DNA of 64,000 nt from an uncultured bacterium (GCA_963777505.1 CAVZQN010000005.1:1-64000), one strand, 5' to 3'; shown: positions 31,027-41,540, counted from the stretch's first letter. The notes: generated from the letters alone by a model not told the origin. Numbers and translations are program-made.

Positions 31027-31329
31027 CTATTCAATAATTTGGTAAATCTCCCTGCGGCCGCTGATATACATTTCAGTATAATTCGACATCTCCTTAGCGA
31101 CGTCAGGATCCATCTTGGGATCTGGTTTCCCTGATTTATAGTCTTCCATTTGCTTTTCGAATTCTGCCAAACTGTTAACCTGCATCTCTGCTATGACAGT
31201 GTTATAGTCCCCTACAAAATCGGTCATTATGCGCGTGTTTGCGTCGTCTCCGAAGGCCTTTCTAAATAACTTGGCAAGCTTGGATGCCTGTCCGGGTTTT
31301 GCTGTAAATACTTCACGAATGATGAGCAT
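31027..31329 (-). CDS. Small hypothetical protein (dimeric alpha/beta-barrel, NIPSNAP-like)
   Basis: REVFTAKPGQA...RIMTD...GRREIY; AAGGAG RBS. Confidence 0.75.
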   Translation of the reverse strand: MLIIREVFTAKPGQASKLAKLFRKAFGDDANTRIMTDFVGDYNTVIAEMQVNSLAEFEKQMEDYKSGKPDPKMDPDVAKEMSNYTEMYISGRREIYQIIE

Positions 31330-31374
31330 ATCAATTCTCCTTTGTCAGTGATTTTTGAAAACTCCAATCATTAA

Positions 31375-31403
31375 TAATCGTTCTGAAATGACCAAAATCG
31401 ACA
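31375..31403 (-). promoter_or_regulatory. ECF42-type promoter TGTCGA-N17-CGA(T/C)TA
   Basis: TGTCGA-TTTTGGTCATTTCAGAA-CGATTA. Confidence 0.7.
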
Positions 31404-31486
31404 CTGAAACGCGGTGCAAATGACCATTAAATTTGAAATTGCTTATTGTAAATAGAAACCCTACAATTCAGCGCAGGTAAAAATCT

Positions 31487-33160
31487 ATGGCAAAGCCTAC
31501 TTTATTAACCGTAGATGACGATCCAGATGTACTACGGTCAATCGAAAGAGATTTAAAACGACAATACAGTGCCGAATATCGTGTCTTGCGTGCGGAATCC
31601 GGCGCAGCCGCTCTTGAAATTTTACGTCAACTGAAAGAACGCAACGATTCTGTGGCTTTGATGCTTGTGGATCAGCGGATGCCACAAATGGATGGTGTCA
31701 GTTTTCTTTCGGAAGCGATCAAAATCTTTCCGGACGCAAAACGAGCTCTGTTGACCGCTTATGCCGATACAAATGCCGCAATAGCTGCAATCAATTTGGT
31801 TCATGTTCATCAATATCTTCTGAAGCCCTGGCATCCACCAGAGGAGAATCTATATCCAGTGTTGGATGAACTTCTGGAAGACTGGCAAGCTGATTATGTA
31901 CGTCCTTTTGAAGGCATCCGTGTATTGGGGAATCGATGGTCAGCACTTTCACATGCCGTGAAAGATTTTCTTGCTCGTTACAATCAGCCTTATCGCTGGC
32001 TGGATATTGAAACAAAAGATCGTGATAGTGAAGTTCGAAGTCTTGTGGAAGTTTTGGATGAGAGTGAACTAAACAAATTACCGGTAGTGTTTTTTGCAGA
32101 TGGATCGAAATTGTATGCGCCATCGCCGGCCGAAATTGCGGACCGGATCGGATTGCAAACAAGAGCCGAGACGGACTTCTATGATCTTGTAATCATAGGG
32201 AGTGGCCCTTCCGGCCTTGCCGCTGCAGTTTATGGTGCGTCTGAAGGACTTCGCACAGTGATGATTGAACGTGAAGCTCCCGGCGGACAAGCGGCGCAGA
32301 GTTCCAAAATAGAAAATTATCTGGGATTTCCGGCAGGGCTGACCGGTTCAGATTTAACTCGCAGAGGTGTGATGCAAGCCCGCCGTTTTGGAGTAGAAAT
32401 TCTTGCGCCGCAAGAAGCAACTCGTGTGCGTGTTGATGGTTCTTACAAAATCATTGAGCTCGCAAATGGAACAGAAATTCGATGTCATGCACTGTTGATC
32501 GCTACAGGTGTGCAATGGCGGAAATTGCAAGTGCCTGGGATCGAACGTCTGAATGGAGCAGGAATTTACTATGGCGCTGCCATGGCTGAAGCACTCGAAT
32601 GCCGCGGTGAAACTGTTTACATGGTAGGTGGCGCGAATTCGGCAGGGCAAGCCGCAGTTCATTTCGCAGGCCATGCAGAACGTGTTGTCATGTTGGTTCG
32701 CGGCAATTCACTCAAAAGCAGCATGTCTCAGTATTTAATCGACCGGATACAGCGTACTGAAAAAATTACCGTTCAATACAATTCCGAAATTGTTGAAGTT
32801 CATGGAAATGATCATCTGGAAGCAATTTCCATTCACTGCTCCACAACTGGTGAAAAGCAAACGGTTCCCACAAACTATCTCTTCATATTTATTGGTGCGA
32901 AACCTCACGCGTTTTGCGTAGAAGGACTTCTGGAATGTGATGAACGAGGCTTCATTCTTTCTGGTCCTGATCTAATTCGCAACGGCGAACATCCTAAAGG
33001 TTGGCCCTTAGAGCGAGATCCGGGTTTGCTGGAAGCAAGCGTCCCAGGAATATTTGTTGTTGGAGATGTGCGGCACGGATCCATCAAACGAGTTGCTTCG
33101 GGAGTAGGTGAGGGCTCGATTGCTGTTCAACTTATTCATCAATATTTGAGTAAATTGTAA
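31487..33160 (+). CDS. Response-regulator receiver fused to thioredoxin reductase (TrxB-like)
   Basis: VDDD...DQRMP...LLTAY...KPW receiver; IGSGPSG, GGQA...IENYLGFP, GGANSAG, GDVR. Confidence 0.95.
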   Translation: MAKPTLLTVDDDPDVLRSIERDLKRQYSAEYRVLRAESGAAALEILRQLKERNDSVALMLVDQRMPQMDGVSFLSEAIKIFPDAKRALLTAYADTNAAIAAINLVHVHQYLLKPWHPPEENLYPVLDELLEDWQADYVRPFEGIRVLGNRWSALSHAVKDFLARYNQPYRWLDIETKDRDSEVRSLVEVLDESELNKLPVVFFADGSKLYAPSPAEIADRIGLQTRAETDFYDLVIIGSGPSGLAAAVYGASEGLRTVMIEREAPGGQAAQSSKIENYLGFPAGLTGSDLTRRGVMQARRFGVEILAPQEATRVRVDGSYKIIELANGTEIRCHALLIATGVQWRKLQVPGIERLNGAGIYYGAAMAEALECRGETVYMVGGANSAGQAAVHFAGHAERVVMLVRGNSLKSSMSQYLIDRIQRTEKITVQYNSEIVEVHGNDHLEAISIHCSTTGEKQTVPTNYLFIFIGAKPHAFCVEGLLECDERGFILSGPDLIRNGEHPKGWPLERDPGLLEASVPGIFVVGDVRHGSIKRVASGVGEGSIAVQLIHQYLSKL

Positions 33161-33162
33161 AC

Positions 33163-34576
33163 ATGACAGACACGAAGTCTAAGAAAATTGCACAAGAACT
33201 GAAAATCGTTCCTGAAATCGCTGATGTTCCTGACGATGAGCTAATTTGGTTAGCCGATCGCGTTAAAGAAACTACGTTAAGCATCGGAGAAATTGTATCG
33301 AAGGAAGGGGAGCCTGCAGATACATTTGCTATTTTGCTTGAAGGAAATCTTCAGTTTCGCCGTGAATCCGATTCTCATGAGTTTCGTGTATGGGACATGG
33401 AGCCCGGTGAGATCACAGGCAAGCTTCCATATTCACGGCTGACACATTGGCCTGGCACCGTGCGAGCAGCCGCTTTAAGCAGAGTGCTTGTAGGAAGCAT
33501 CGATCTTTTTCCTGAAATGATCCGCGAGGCACCAATATTGACACAACGTTTGGTCGGCATGATGAGTGACCGCATACGTTGGGTAGCGAGAGAAGATCAA
33601 CAAAGAGATAAACTTGCTTCGCTTGGAAAATTATCAGCAGGACTGGCTCATGAATTAAATAATCCTGCCGCTTCAGCAAAACGAGCCGCCGTTGCACTCA
33701 GTGAAGCACAGGAATCTTTGCGTGAAGCAACTTCGCAGCTGGAAAATCGAAATTTAAGCGCTGAACAGCGGAAAGCGATTCTACATTTAGAACGTCAAGC
33801 CTTGCTCAACAACACAGGCCCCGATCTTGATGGATTCTCTTACTCAAAGTGAGAAAGAGGAAGAGATCACATCATGGTTTGAGAATCAACATATCCAGGA
33901 AGGATGGAAGTTTGCTTCCGTATTAGCGGAAACCGCGCTGGAAGTTTCATGGCTCGAATCATTGCAACAGCAAGCGGGTGATGAAGCATTTGGGGATGCT
34001 CTGAAGCGTATCGTTTCTCAAGTACTCGCACGAAAGCTAACAAAAGAAATTGAATCAAGCGTCGAACGGATTTCTGAACTGGTGAAAGCGATCAAAGAAT
34101 ATACGTTTATGGATCAAGCCCCTATTCAAGAAGTCGATATACATCATGGGCTTGAAAGTACACTTATTATGTTGAAATACAAACTCAAGCACGGAATTAC
34201 AATCGAAAAGCAGTTTGATAAAACATTGCCGCTTGTAAACATATATGGAAGCGAGCTGAATCAGGTATGGACCAACTTAATTGACAATGCTGCGGATGCG
34301 ATGAAAAACGGTGGGAAGCTAACAATCCGTACGGCAATGGAGCAGAATTGTATATTAGTAGAGATTTTCGATACGGGTTCAGGAATCCCAGAGGAAATCA
34401 AAGGCAAAATTTTCGAACCATTTTTTACGACAAAGAAGATGGGTGAAGGAACAGGACTTGGATTAGATACAGTCTACCGAATCATTCGTAGACATCATGG
34501 GAATATTAGTGTTGATTCCCGGCCTGGGAATACACGTTTCCAAGTCCGTTTGCCTTTAAAACAATCTGTATCCTGA
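33163..34576 (+). CDS. cNMP-binding-domain sensor histidine kinase; frameshift near 33820
   Basis: H-box AHELNNP in the first ORF; N box [11 protein letters not shown] and G boxes DTGSGIP, PFFTTK, GTGLGL in the second; shift at GGCCCCG. Confidence 0.9.
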
Positions 34577-34599
34577 TCGACCGAACCAGTCGCAAAGAC

Positions 34600-36255
34600 T
34601 CAGTCTTCGTAAAATGCTGGTTTTCCTGCTTTTATCAAAACGCCTTCGCGAGCTAGCGTTAGAATTTTTTCCGCATAACCACCGATTTCATGATATTTCG
34701 CTTCAGCAATCGCTGGAAATTCTTTGCTGGTTGCGGCATAGAGCGGAGATTTGGTTGGATTATCCCGAGGTTCCAACAAATTTTCCCACTTAGTCGCAAA
34801 GTCTGATGAATATTGAGCCGCAGCCTGGTCGTCCATTCCCTGAGCTTTTGCGTCCGCGTACGCATTATTGTAGGCAGTTGACATCGCAATAGTCACCGCT
34901 TTCTCTCCGCCGTTGTACGCTGCGGTTACATATTTCCAATACTGATCTCCCTGAGGCGTGCCATATTTTGAGAAAGCCATTGTTTCAAGTTTTTCCGATT
35001 TGTCTTTCAAATGGCGAGCAGCGGCTGGAATTGCTTTTTCAGGCTCTTTCCGTTCATCCACATTGCCATCCACAATCAGACCTGAGCTGGCAGCTGCGGG
35101 ACGACCAAATTGAGCAATTCCAGTAAACCCTGAGGCATTGACTACTTGTGTTTCAAATTTGCTTTCAGAAACTAAGAGCGCTTTAAGCACTTTGGGTTCC
35201 AAGCCAGGAAATTCTTTGACTCCAACTGAAATTGCATCGTTGTATTTGTTTTGCAAAACTTCCTTATTGCTTTCCTTCACTTCATTCAAAATTCTTTTAT
35301 ATTCTTTTTGTTCTTTAGAACCAGATTCGATGTCTTTGCCTTTCATGTCTGGAAACTCTTTGTAAAAGAGCTCATCTACTTTTGCAAAAACCGAACTATC
35401 ATTGTGCAATTCGACATTCCACTTTGTATCTACATCAGCAGCTCGAACGTCTTGTGCTTCCTTGAGGCGCGGTTCAACGATTCCCGTTTTGATTTTTTGC
35501 CATTCTGCATATTCCGGGCTGTCACTGGTAATCGAAGTATCTTTCAACGCATCCGGATGACGTTCAGAAAAAATCTGATCGGTAAGTTTGTCGGCATCCC
35601 ATTTTGTGTTTTCCTTGAGCAACTGATCAACACGCTTCTGTTCAGATGAGAGATTTGTTTGTGAAGGGGCTGATTGCGCTCCAAGCATTTTTTGAAGCTC
35701 TGCAGCGCGGAGATCAGCTTGAAGTTTAGTCTCCACACCCGGATCACACTGCTGTGGGCCATCCGCTTTCGAAGTGCTCTTATTGATTTTCAATTTAGGC
35801 GGAGCTTTTTCGGTGGCTGGCATTCGGGGGTCAACAATGTCTCTCTTAATTTCCTTCCATGTCTCGGCTTCTGGACTTCCAGCTGTAAGGTTGGCTCCTT
35901 TTAATGTTGGAAACCGGTTATAAAATATTTCGTCCGTAATTTTGTCGGCACTTAGTTTTTGACCGCTGGCGATCAATTCATCCACTTTTTTCTGTTCGTC
36001 TGTGAGCGCCTCTTTTTGAGTGCTTCCTTCTTTCTTATCTACCTGTCCGTGAAGTTCTGCTGCTTTGGTGTCGGCTTGTAATTTATCTTCTGCCAGTTGT
36101 GATGGCCCCGATGACGTTGGCGTGGAAGCAGGCGCTTGAGCAGGAGTGCTTGCTGCAGGCGTAACTTCTGTTTTCTTAGGTTCAGTTACCGGGGTTTCTA
36201 CTGGCGGAATTGGAGCAGGCGTTGTAGGTGTGCTTGAAATTCTTGGTGATGACAT
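34600..36255 (-). CDS. Leader-motif protein with three helical repeats and C-terminal SLT lytic transglycosylase domain
   Basis: LKALLVSESKF (catalytic Glu), GIAQF, AAARHL, AAYNGG; repeats TD(E/Q)IF..R(F/H)P...SPE...W..IK; no signal peptide. Confidence 0.85.
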   Translation of the reverse strand: MSSPRISSTPTTPAPIPPVETPVTEPKKTEVTPAASTPAQAPASTPTSSGPSQLAEDKLQADTKAAELHGQVDKKEGSTQKEALTDEQKKVDELIASGQKLSADKITDEIFYNRFPTLKGANLTAGSPEAETWKEIKRDIVDPRMPATEKAPPKLKINKSTSKADGPQQCDPGVETKLQADLRAAELQKMLGAQSAPSQTNLSSEQKRVDQLLKENTKWDADKLTDQIFSERHPDALKDTSITSDSPEYAEWQKIKTGIVEPRLKEAQDVRAADVDTKWNVELHNDSSVFAKVDELFYKEFPDMKGKDIESGSKEQKEYKRILNEVKESNKEVLQNKYNDAISVGVKEFPGLEPKVLKALLVSESKFETQVVNASGFTGIAQFGRPAAASSGLIVDGNVDERKEPEKAIPAAARHLKDKSEKLETMAFSKYGTPQGDQYWKYVTAAYNGGEKAVTIAMSTAYNNAYADAKAQGMDDQAAAQYSSDFATKWENLLEPRDNPTKSPLYAATSKEFPAIAEAKYHEIGGYAEKILTLAREGVLIKAGKPAFYED

Positions 36256-36381
36256 TTTGATTTCTCCTAATTTTCAGAATGGAAGCAACTTTTATGTTGA
36301 TAAGTCCATCAACACAACATGCGTAAGAATTGGTCTTTAGGGATCAAAATAGATGGAGTATGGAGAGAAAACAGCCTATTT

Positions 36382-37116
36382 CTATTTTTCGTTTCTTAAG
36401 GCATGGGAAATAATCCAACGCCTTTGAGGTGTTGGATTATTGCGCCATTCAGCGAGCAGTTTTCGTGTCTCGGCAGGGTTTTCTTTCAAATAATCGTTGA
36501 TGTTATTTCCTACCGACTTTTGAACAAATCTCGATGAATCATCTTTCAAATGTTCAAGAATTTTGAAAACAGGGGAGGGGTCGTCAATAAAAAGAGATAG
36601 CTTTTGTGCCCAGGGAAGCCTCGGTCTAATTCCTTCACTCGCAAGCCTCCTGACATGAACATTTTTGTCCTGGGCCCAGCGATTCATAATCCGTAAGGTC
36701 TTTTCTGGATATTTCTTTATGAAAGGACGTATCGCGTATTCACCTGTATGGCGTTTTGTTATTTCATAAATTGCATCGACTGATAATTTGTAATCTTCGA
36801 GTCCGTACACTTCCACAAATTTAGCAACGGGCATTAGCCAGTATCCTGTCGCAAACATTCCGGTTTCTTTTTTATTTTCCGGCCCAAGGATTTTATGAAG
36901 AATTGAAAGTGCTTTCGGATATTCCTCTGGCAGAAATTTGCGAAGCCCTTCCGCAATAAGGCTTACTCTGGCCTTAAGCTCCAGATGGTTGATAGACCTT
37001 TTAGTTTCCTTGCAAAAAACTTCAGCCTTGAATTCTGGATATACAACCTTTAGCTTTTCTGACAAGAGCAAGGCGAGGCTACTTCCGAAGTATGCTTTGT
37101 ATCCTGTTTCACCCAT
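36382..37116 (-). CDS. DNA alkylation repair protein (AlkC-like HEAT glycosylase)
   Basis: TGEYAIRPFI, HVRRLASEGIRPRLPW, LKDDSSRFVQKSVGNNIND. Confidence 0.9.
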   Translation of the reverse strand: MGETGYKAYFGSSLALLLSEKLKVVYPEFKAEVFCKETKRSINHLELKARVSLIAEGLRKFLPEEYPKALSILHKILGPENKKETGMFATGYWLMPVAKFVEVYGLEDYKLSVDAIYEITKRHTGEYAIRPFIKKYPEKTLRIMNRWAQDKNVHVRRLASEGIRPRLPWAQKLSLFIDDPSPVFKILEHLKDDSSRFVQKSVGNNINDYLKENPAETRKLLAEWRNNPTPQRRWIISHALRNEK

Positions 37117-37303
37117 ATGGTTTCTAGTTCATGATCTTTCGTATGTCGGGTCCCACTCTCCGAGTGTCAAATATTTCAAGAAAAGAGGGAAGCAAAATCA
37201 TGGGCGCGAAGTCATTGAAAGAACGTGGAGGCCTGCTTAGGGCTTCTTTGACATTCCTCTCCATCCAACTATTCAATATATAATTTTTTAGGGAGGCTTT
37301 ACT

Positions 37304-37690
37304 ATGCCAGTGATCAAACATAATCCAAAGGAATTATTTCCGCAGTATCGATGCTATAGCCACGCAATCGAGATATCCGGGAACTCGCGGATCTTAATCA
37401 TCAGCGGCCTAAATGGATATTTGTCTGATGGAAAGACGATGCCGGAATCGTTCGAAGAGCAGGCCGAAATTATCTGGACCCACATTCGAACACTCCTTCG
37501 GTCTGCCGATATGGACTTTCACAATCTGGTTTCGCTTCGGATGTATCTCGCTGATCCAAAGTACGACGAACCCAATGTGCGCATGCGAGTCAGGTTTCTT
37601 GGCTCGCACGAACCAGCATTAACAGTGATCTGTTGCCAACTTTTGGATCCAAAATGGAAACTGGAAATTGAGGCAATGGCCGCGACATAA
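37304..37690 (+). CDS. RidA/YjgF/UK114 family protein
   Basis: YSHA, ISG, PALT, EIEAMA; GGAGG RBS. Confidence 0.9.
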   Translation: MPVIKHNPKELFPQYRCYSHAIEISGNSRILIISGLNGYLSDGKTMPESFEEQAEIIWTHIRTLLRSADMDFHNLVSLRMYLADPKYDEPNVRMRVRFLGSHEPALTVICCQLLDPKWKLEIEAMAAT

Positions 37691-37790
37691 GTGCTTATCG
37701 CTTAAAAATTCCAACAGATCTGCGTCGCACAAGTCTTTTAGGACTCAACTGCGTTTACACTATAATGGGGTCAACGGGGGCGGGCGGACG

Positions 37791-39476
37791 ATGAATCCTA
37801 AGTGGATCATAGTTTTTTTCTTTGTTAGCTTTGTTATTTATTATCCAGCCTACAGCCAGCCCTCTGAGCGAATGCTTCCACAGGATAAGGCCAGACTCGA
37901 TAGTCATCTCGAAAAGTTGAAATCACAGAATCCAGTGGATCGCGAGAATGCTGCCATCGCAATATTCCATTTTGCCGCTTCTGGACATCCCATGCCCCCA
38001 TATCCAAAATTTCAGGACATGGCCGATTTTAATATTGTCGTTGAACCTTTAATTAACGCGCTGGGTGATTCCAATTGGCGCGTCCGTGCAAACGTTGTTA
38101 CTGCGTTGGGCCGTATCAAGGACGAGCGTGCTCTAGTGGCTCTTGAACAGAAGGTAAACGACGAAAATGCAAACGTGCGCAAAAGCATAATCCATGCGTT
38201 TGGTGATCAGGACGATGAACGTGTAATCAGCCATATGATTGATCGTCTTGTAGACATCGATCCAGAAGTTCGCTGGACTGCGGCTTATGAGCTTGGTAGA
38301 AAAAAAAGTCGTGCAGCGATTGTTCCTTTGATCATGGTTCTTGAATCGGAAGAGAAAACACAAGTACGGCAGGGGGCAAGACATGCATTGATGAATATCG
38401 CAAACGGTCTTGATTTTGGTAACGATCATTCGGAATGGCAGACGTGGCTTTTGCAGACTTTGCAAAAACGGGACGGCCGTATTTCAGGCACGACCATACA
38501 GGAAGATTCGAGTCCAATCGCACAACTCATGAACAGCGCCGTCAATGACGAAGATCCCAAAGTAAGAATGAGATCAGAAGAAGAATTAATTCAAATGCGA
38601 GATCAGGCTTTTGATTACCTGTTTGAAATGCTCAAGCACAATGATTGGCGGTTTCGGCGAAGTGCAGCAAGGATTTTGGGCCCTTCGCAAAATTCGCTCG
38701 CCATCGATCCACTCATGAGCGCAACAAAAGACGAAAACGAAGACGTTCGGGAGACAGCCAAAGGATCGTTGGAAACATTGAGATTAAACATCAGGTTAAG
38801 CGGCGATCGTAAGTTAATCGGCGAGCAAGATTTCAGCAATCTTGAGTCGCTTAAGCAAGCAGTACACCACGAAGAAGTATTGGTTCGGCAGAAGGCAGCA
38901 ATTGAGCTTGGAAAGATTGAAGACCGTGAAGCGATCGATGTACTGATTATTCCCCTTTTAGATGATAACGCCAATGTCGCGGTTGCGGCTCGTGATGCTC
39001 TGCGTCAAAGAAAGGAGGAATCAAGAGTTGTAGAAGTGCTCAGTGGAGTTTTGAAATATGAAAAGACACAGGCAAATGTTCGACTCACCACAGACATTAT
39101 TGGAATACTCGCACAAAAGAAGGATCCCGCATCGACGAATGTTTTGATTGATTTGCTGAGTCATAAAGACATGTCTGTGAGACAGCATGCTATTGCAGCA
39201 TTGGGATCCATTGGTACGGAGAAAGCGTTAGCATCGCTGGTTGTCTGTCTTCATGATGAAGTAGACTTTGTGCGCAGAACTGCCGCCGCTATTCTGGCCA
39301 ATTCAAGAGATCCGAATTTGGTGGAACCACTTCTTGATGCACTCAGCGATTCTGATTCATTCGTGCAAGATTCTGCCTTAAAGGCGCTTATCAATATCAC
39401 AGGTGAAAATTTTCAGCTTGATGCAGCAAGATGGGAAGAATGGTGGATTGAAAATAGGGATCGGTTAACACAATGA
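37791..39476 (+). CDS. Exported HEAT/PBS-lyase repeat protein
   Basis: Signal peptide from ATG 37791; many LxDxxxxVRxxAAxxLG repeats; ITG...W..WW caps. Confidence 0.9.
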   Translation: MNPKWIIVFFFVSFVIYYPAYSQPSERMLPQDKARLDSHLEKLKSQNPVDRENAAIAIFHFAASGHPMPPYPKFQDMADFNIVVEPLINALGDSNWRVRANVVTALGRIKDERALVALEQKVNDENANVRKSIIHAFGDQDDERVISHMIDRLVDIDPEVRWTAAYELGRKKSRAAIVPLIMVLESEEKTQVRQGARHALMNIANGLDFGNDHSEWQTWLLQTLQKRDGRISGTTIQEDSSPIAQLMNSAVNDEDPKVRMRSEEELIQMRDQAFDYLFEMLKHNDWRFRRSAARILGPSQNSLAIDPLMSATKDENEDVRETAKGSLETLRLNIRLSGDRKLIGEQDFSNLESLKQAVHHEEVLVRQKAAIELGKIEDREAIDVLIIPLLDDNANVAVAARDALRQRKEESRVVEVLSGVLKYEKTQANVRLTTDIIGILAQKKDPASTNVLIDLLSHKDMSVRQHAIAALGSIGTEKALASLVVCLHDEVDFVRRTAAAILANSRDPNLVEPLLDALSDSDSFVQDSALKALINITGENFQLDAARWEEWWIENRDRLTQ

Positions 39477-40282
39477 GGTTTAAAGCGCCCATTATTTCTT
39501 TGTCCATATTCGCAGCAATCCTTATTTATTACGCGTGGAAACATCCTTCACCTGTAAAGGAATTCATGACGCCTCAAATTCAACGCCTCCACAATAGAGT
39601 AGAAACTCTAGAACTTAGAGAGAATGATGCCACGGCGATCAGGATGGCTTTAGGGGAAGAAGCCGTAGATATTTTGTTGCCAATTCTTGTGGATCAAAGT
39701 GAGCCAATCGAACTACGATGCACAGTTGCTTATGAATTGAAACAATTGAAAGATGCTCGCGTTAAGAATGTATTTGAAAAGATGAAACAGCAAAGCAAAG
39801 ATATGGAACGATGTGGAAATGACTTAGAAATTTCTGCGTCTAGAGATCCTGTAAAAGCTCGTAATGCTCTAGTATCAGAAAAGCTTCAAGGGGCACAACA
39901 TTCGATGGAATCACTCTTTGCTTTATTGAAAGATCAGTATCCGGAAGTACGGCAAGCGGCTTGTGAAGCTTTGGGGAATACTCATAGTGTCCACGCAATC
40001 AAGCCGCTCGCAGCAACTCTGAACGACAAAAACAAGAATGTCCGCCACGCTGCCGCGAGAGGATTGATTAAAATACGGCATCCGGATGTAGTCAGGGAAT
40101 TCGTATTCGTTCTAAAAGATGAAAATTCTCCCGCAGGGGATCTTGCTCATCTGGCACTTCTTGAATTGACAGGAACAGGGATTCCGAAAGATTTCACGAT
40201 GTGGATGGAATGGTTTCAGCAGAATGAGCAAGTCCTGAACTTCTTTCTCGAAGTAAACTCCAAAAACGCATTTTCAAACTGA
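39473..40282 (+). CDS. Membrane-anchored HEAT repeat protein
   Basis: N-terminal TM, HEAT repeats; overlaps the previous stop (ATGA). Confidence 0.85.
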   Translation: MRFKAPIISLSIFAAILIYYAWKHPSPVKEFMTPQIQRLHNRVETLELRENDATAIRMALGEEAVDILLPILVDQSEPIELRCTVAYELKQLKDARVKNVFEKMKQQSKDMERCGNDLEISASRDPVKARNALVSEKLQGAQHSMESLFALLKDQYPEVRQAACEALGNTHSVHAIKPLAATLNDKNKNVRHAAARGLIKIRHPDVVREFVFVLKDENSPAGDLAHLALLELTGTGIPKDFTMWMEWFQQNEQVLNFFLEVNSKNAFSN

Positions 40283-40292
40283 GCCTGATGCA

Positions 40293-40316
40293 CTAGTACT
40301 ATGGATATAGTACTAC
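40293..40316. repeat. Tandem ATAGTACTAT palindromes, 14-bp period, copy 1
   Basis: CTAGTACTAT-GGAT-ATAGTACTAC between convergent stops. Confidence 0.7.
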
Positions 40317-40318
40317 TA

Positions 40319-40777
40319 TCAACGGATTGCGTAGATATCGTATAGCGCATTGTTGCTGGCTTTTCGAAACTCGCCGATTCCGACACATTGCAGCCGGTTC
40401 ATCCAGAGGTAGTCTGGATGACTGGTAGAAAATTGAGGTGACGTCCGAATTTGTGCTGTATCAGGCATATCGCCACGGAGAAACATTTCGAAAGCATCTT
40501 CTCCAAAATCGATAATTCCTTTGTAGGTTGCCAGGATTAAAGCCCCATCACTTGATTCAAAGGTTGTGCGAACATCGAGAAGCCCAATTCCATCCCGGCG
40601 TACGATGAACCAATCACCTCCCACCGCCAGCACTCTACCCTTGAGCTTGGGTCCAGTGATTTCGCCACCAGCGGAATAGAAATTGATGCGAATTCCTTCC
40701 GCCACTGGGCCGATCATTTCAGGGTTGGCCAGGTTTCCGTTGAATGAAAAAATGTGTTCCAGTTTGAATTCTAGCAT
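40319..40777 (-). CDS. DUF3237 family protein
   Basis: GGEITGPKLKGRVL..GGDW, LDVR...DGALI...Y.G, F.TS...Y.WMN. Confidence 0.9.
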   Translation of the reverse strand: MLEFKLEHIFSFNGNLANPEMIGPVAEGIRINFYSAGGEITGPKLKGRVLAVGGDWFIVRRDGIGLLDVRTTFESSDGALILATYKGIIDFGEDAFEMFLRGDMPDTAQIRTSPQFSTSHPDYLWMNRLQCVGIGEFRKASNNALYDIYAIR

Positions 40778-40998
40778 CCTACTTTAGATAACATTTCCTC
40801 AACATGAAACCAAAAGCAATGTCTCAATCGGGAGAAAGCGCAGCACGAAGTGGAGATTTTTGAACAGCAAATTCAAGCTCGATGCTGCGGATTTGAATTC
40901 AGGAATTGCATTTGCGCAGGGAATCGGTTTTTATTTTTGCGCGTTGGCTGTTGTTGCAGCCATCCGATTCCCGAGTCAACAAGCTACGATTTGAAATT

Positions 40999-41481
40999 CT
41001 ATCGCTTAAACAATTCAAGAGCTGAGGTCGTTGCAGTAGATGTTTGAAAGAATTGTTTCTCGTTCGCTTTAATTCTTTTTAGCGCATCGGTAAGGCTGAA
41101 TTCAATCGGCAAGAGTTCTTCGAGCCCCGCTATTCGAATCACTTTTTCAACGCGGGGTTGTGGATTCAGCAAAATCATTATTTTGCCGTGAGCCTTTAGT
41201 GTATTTGCATTTCTAATGAGCAGACCAAGCCCAACGGAAACGATTAATTCCACATCACGAAGATCAACAATCACTGACTTCCTTTGCGTTGCTGTCAAGG
41301 TTGTAAACTTCAGATCGATTTTTTCTACACCGAGCATATCCAGACGTCCATTCAAATGGATCGATGCGATACCTGATCCAATATCTTCATATTTCATTTG
41401 TATTCTTTGGATTTTGCTATTCCTACTTTGACTCGAAGAAGGTGCTTTGGTTTCAATTGTCGATATTTGTGCCAGGCTCAT
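40999..41481 (-). CDS. STAS-domain anti-sigma factor antagonist with N-terminal extension
   Basis: LNGRLD, VIVDLRDVELIVSVGLGLL, LLNPQPRVEKVIRIAGL. Confidence 0.88.
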   Translation of the reverse strand: MSLAQISTIETKAPSSSQSRNSKIQRIQMKYEDIGSGIASIHLNGRLDMLGVEKIDLKFTTLTATQRKSVIVDLRDVELIVSVGLGLLIRNANTLKAHGKIMILLNPQPRVEKVIRIAGLEELLPIEFSLTDALKRIKANEKQFFQTSTATTSALELFKR

Positions 41482-41515
41482 AACATTTCTCCTTTTCATT
41501 AGGTATCGACAACTA

Positions 41516-41540
41516 AGACGGTCGAAATTGGGAGTGAACG
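41516..41540 (-). promoter_or_regulatory. CGTTC-N15-CGTCT promoter motif, copy 4
   Basis: Minus strand CGTTCAC-TCCCAATTTC-GACCGTCT. Confidence 0.7.

Noticed and set aside
36284-36301. Possible sigma54 promoter upstream of the SLT gene (CAACATAAAAGTTGCT)
   Set aside because: Has the -12 TTGCT but lacks the essential -24 GG.
37668-37790. Extended N-terminus of the HEAT protein given in the ORF track
   Set aside because: ATG 37791 gives a clean signal peptide; the extension overlaps ridA and a TATAAT-containing spacer.
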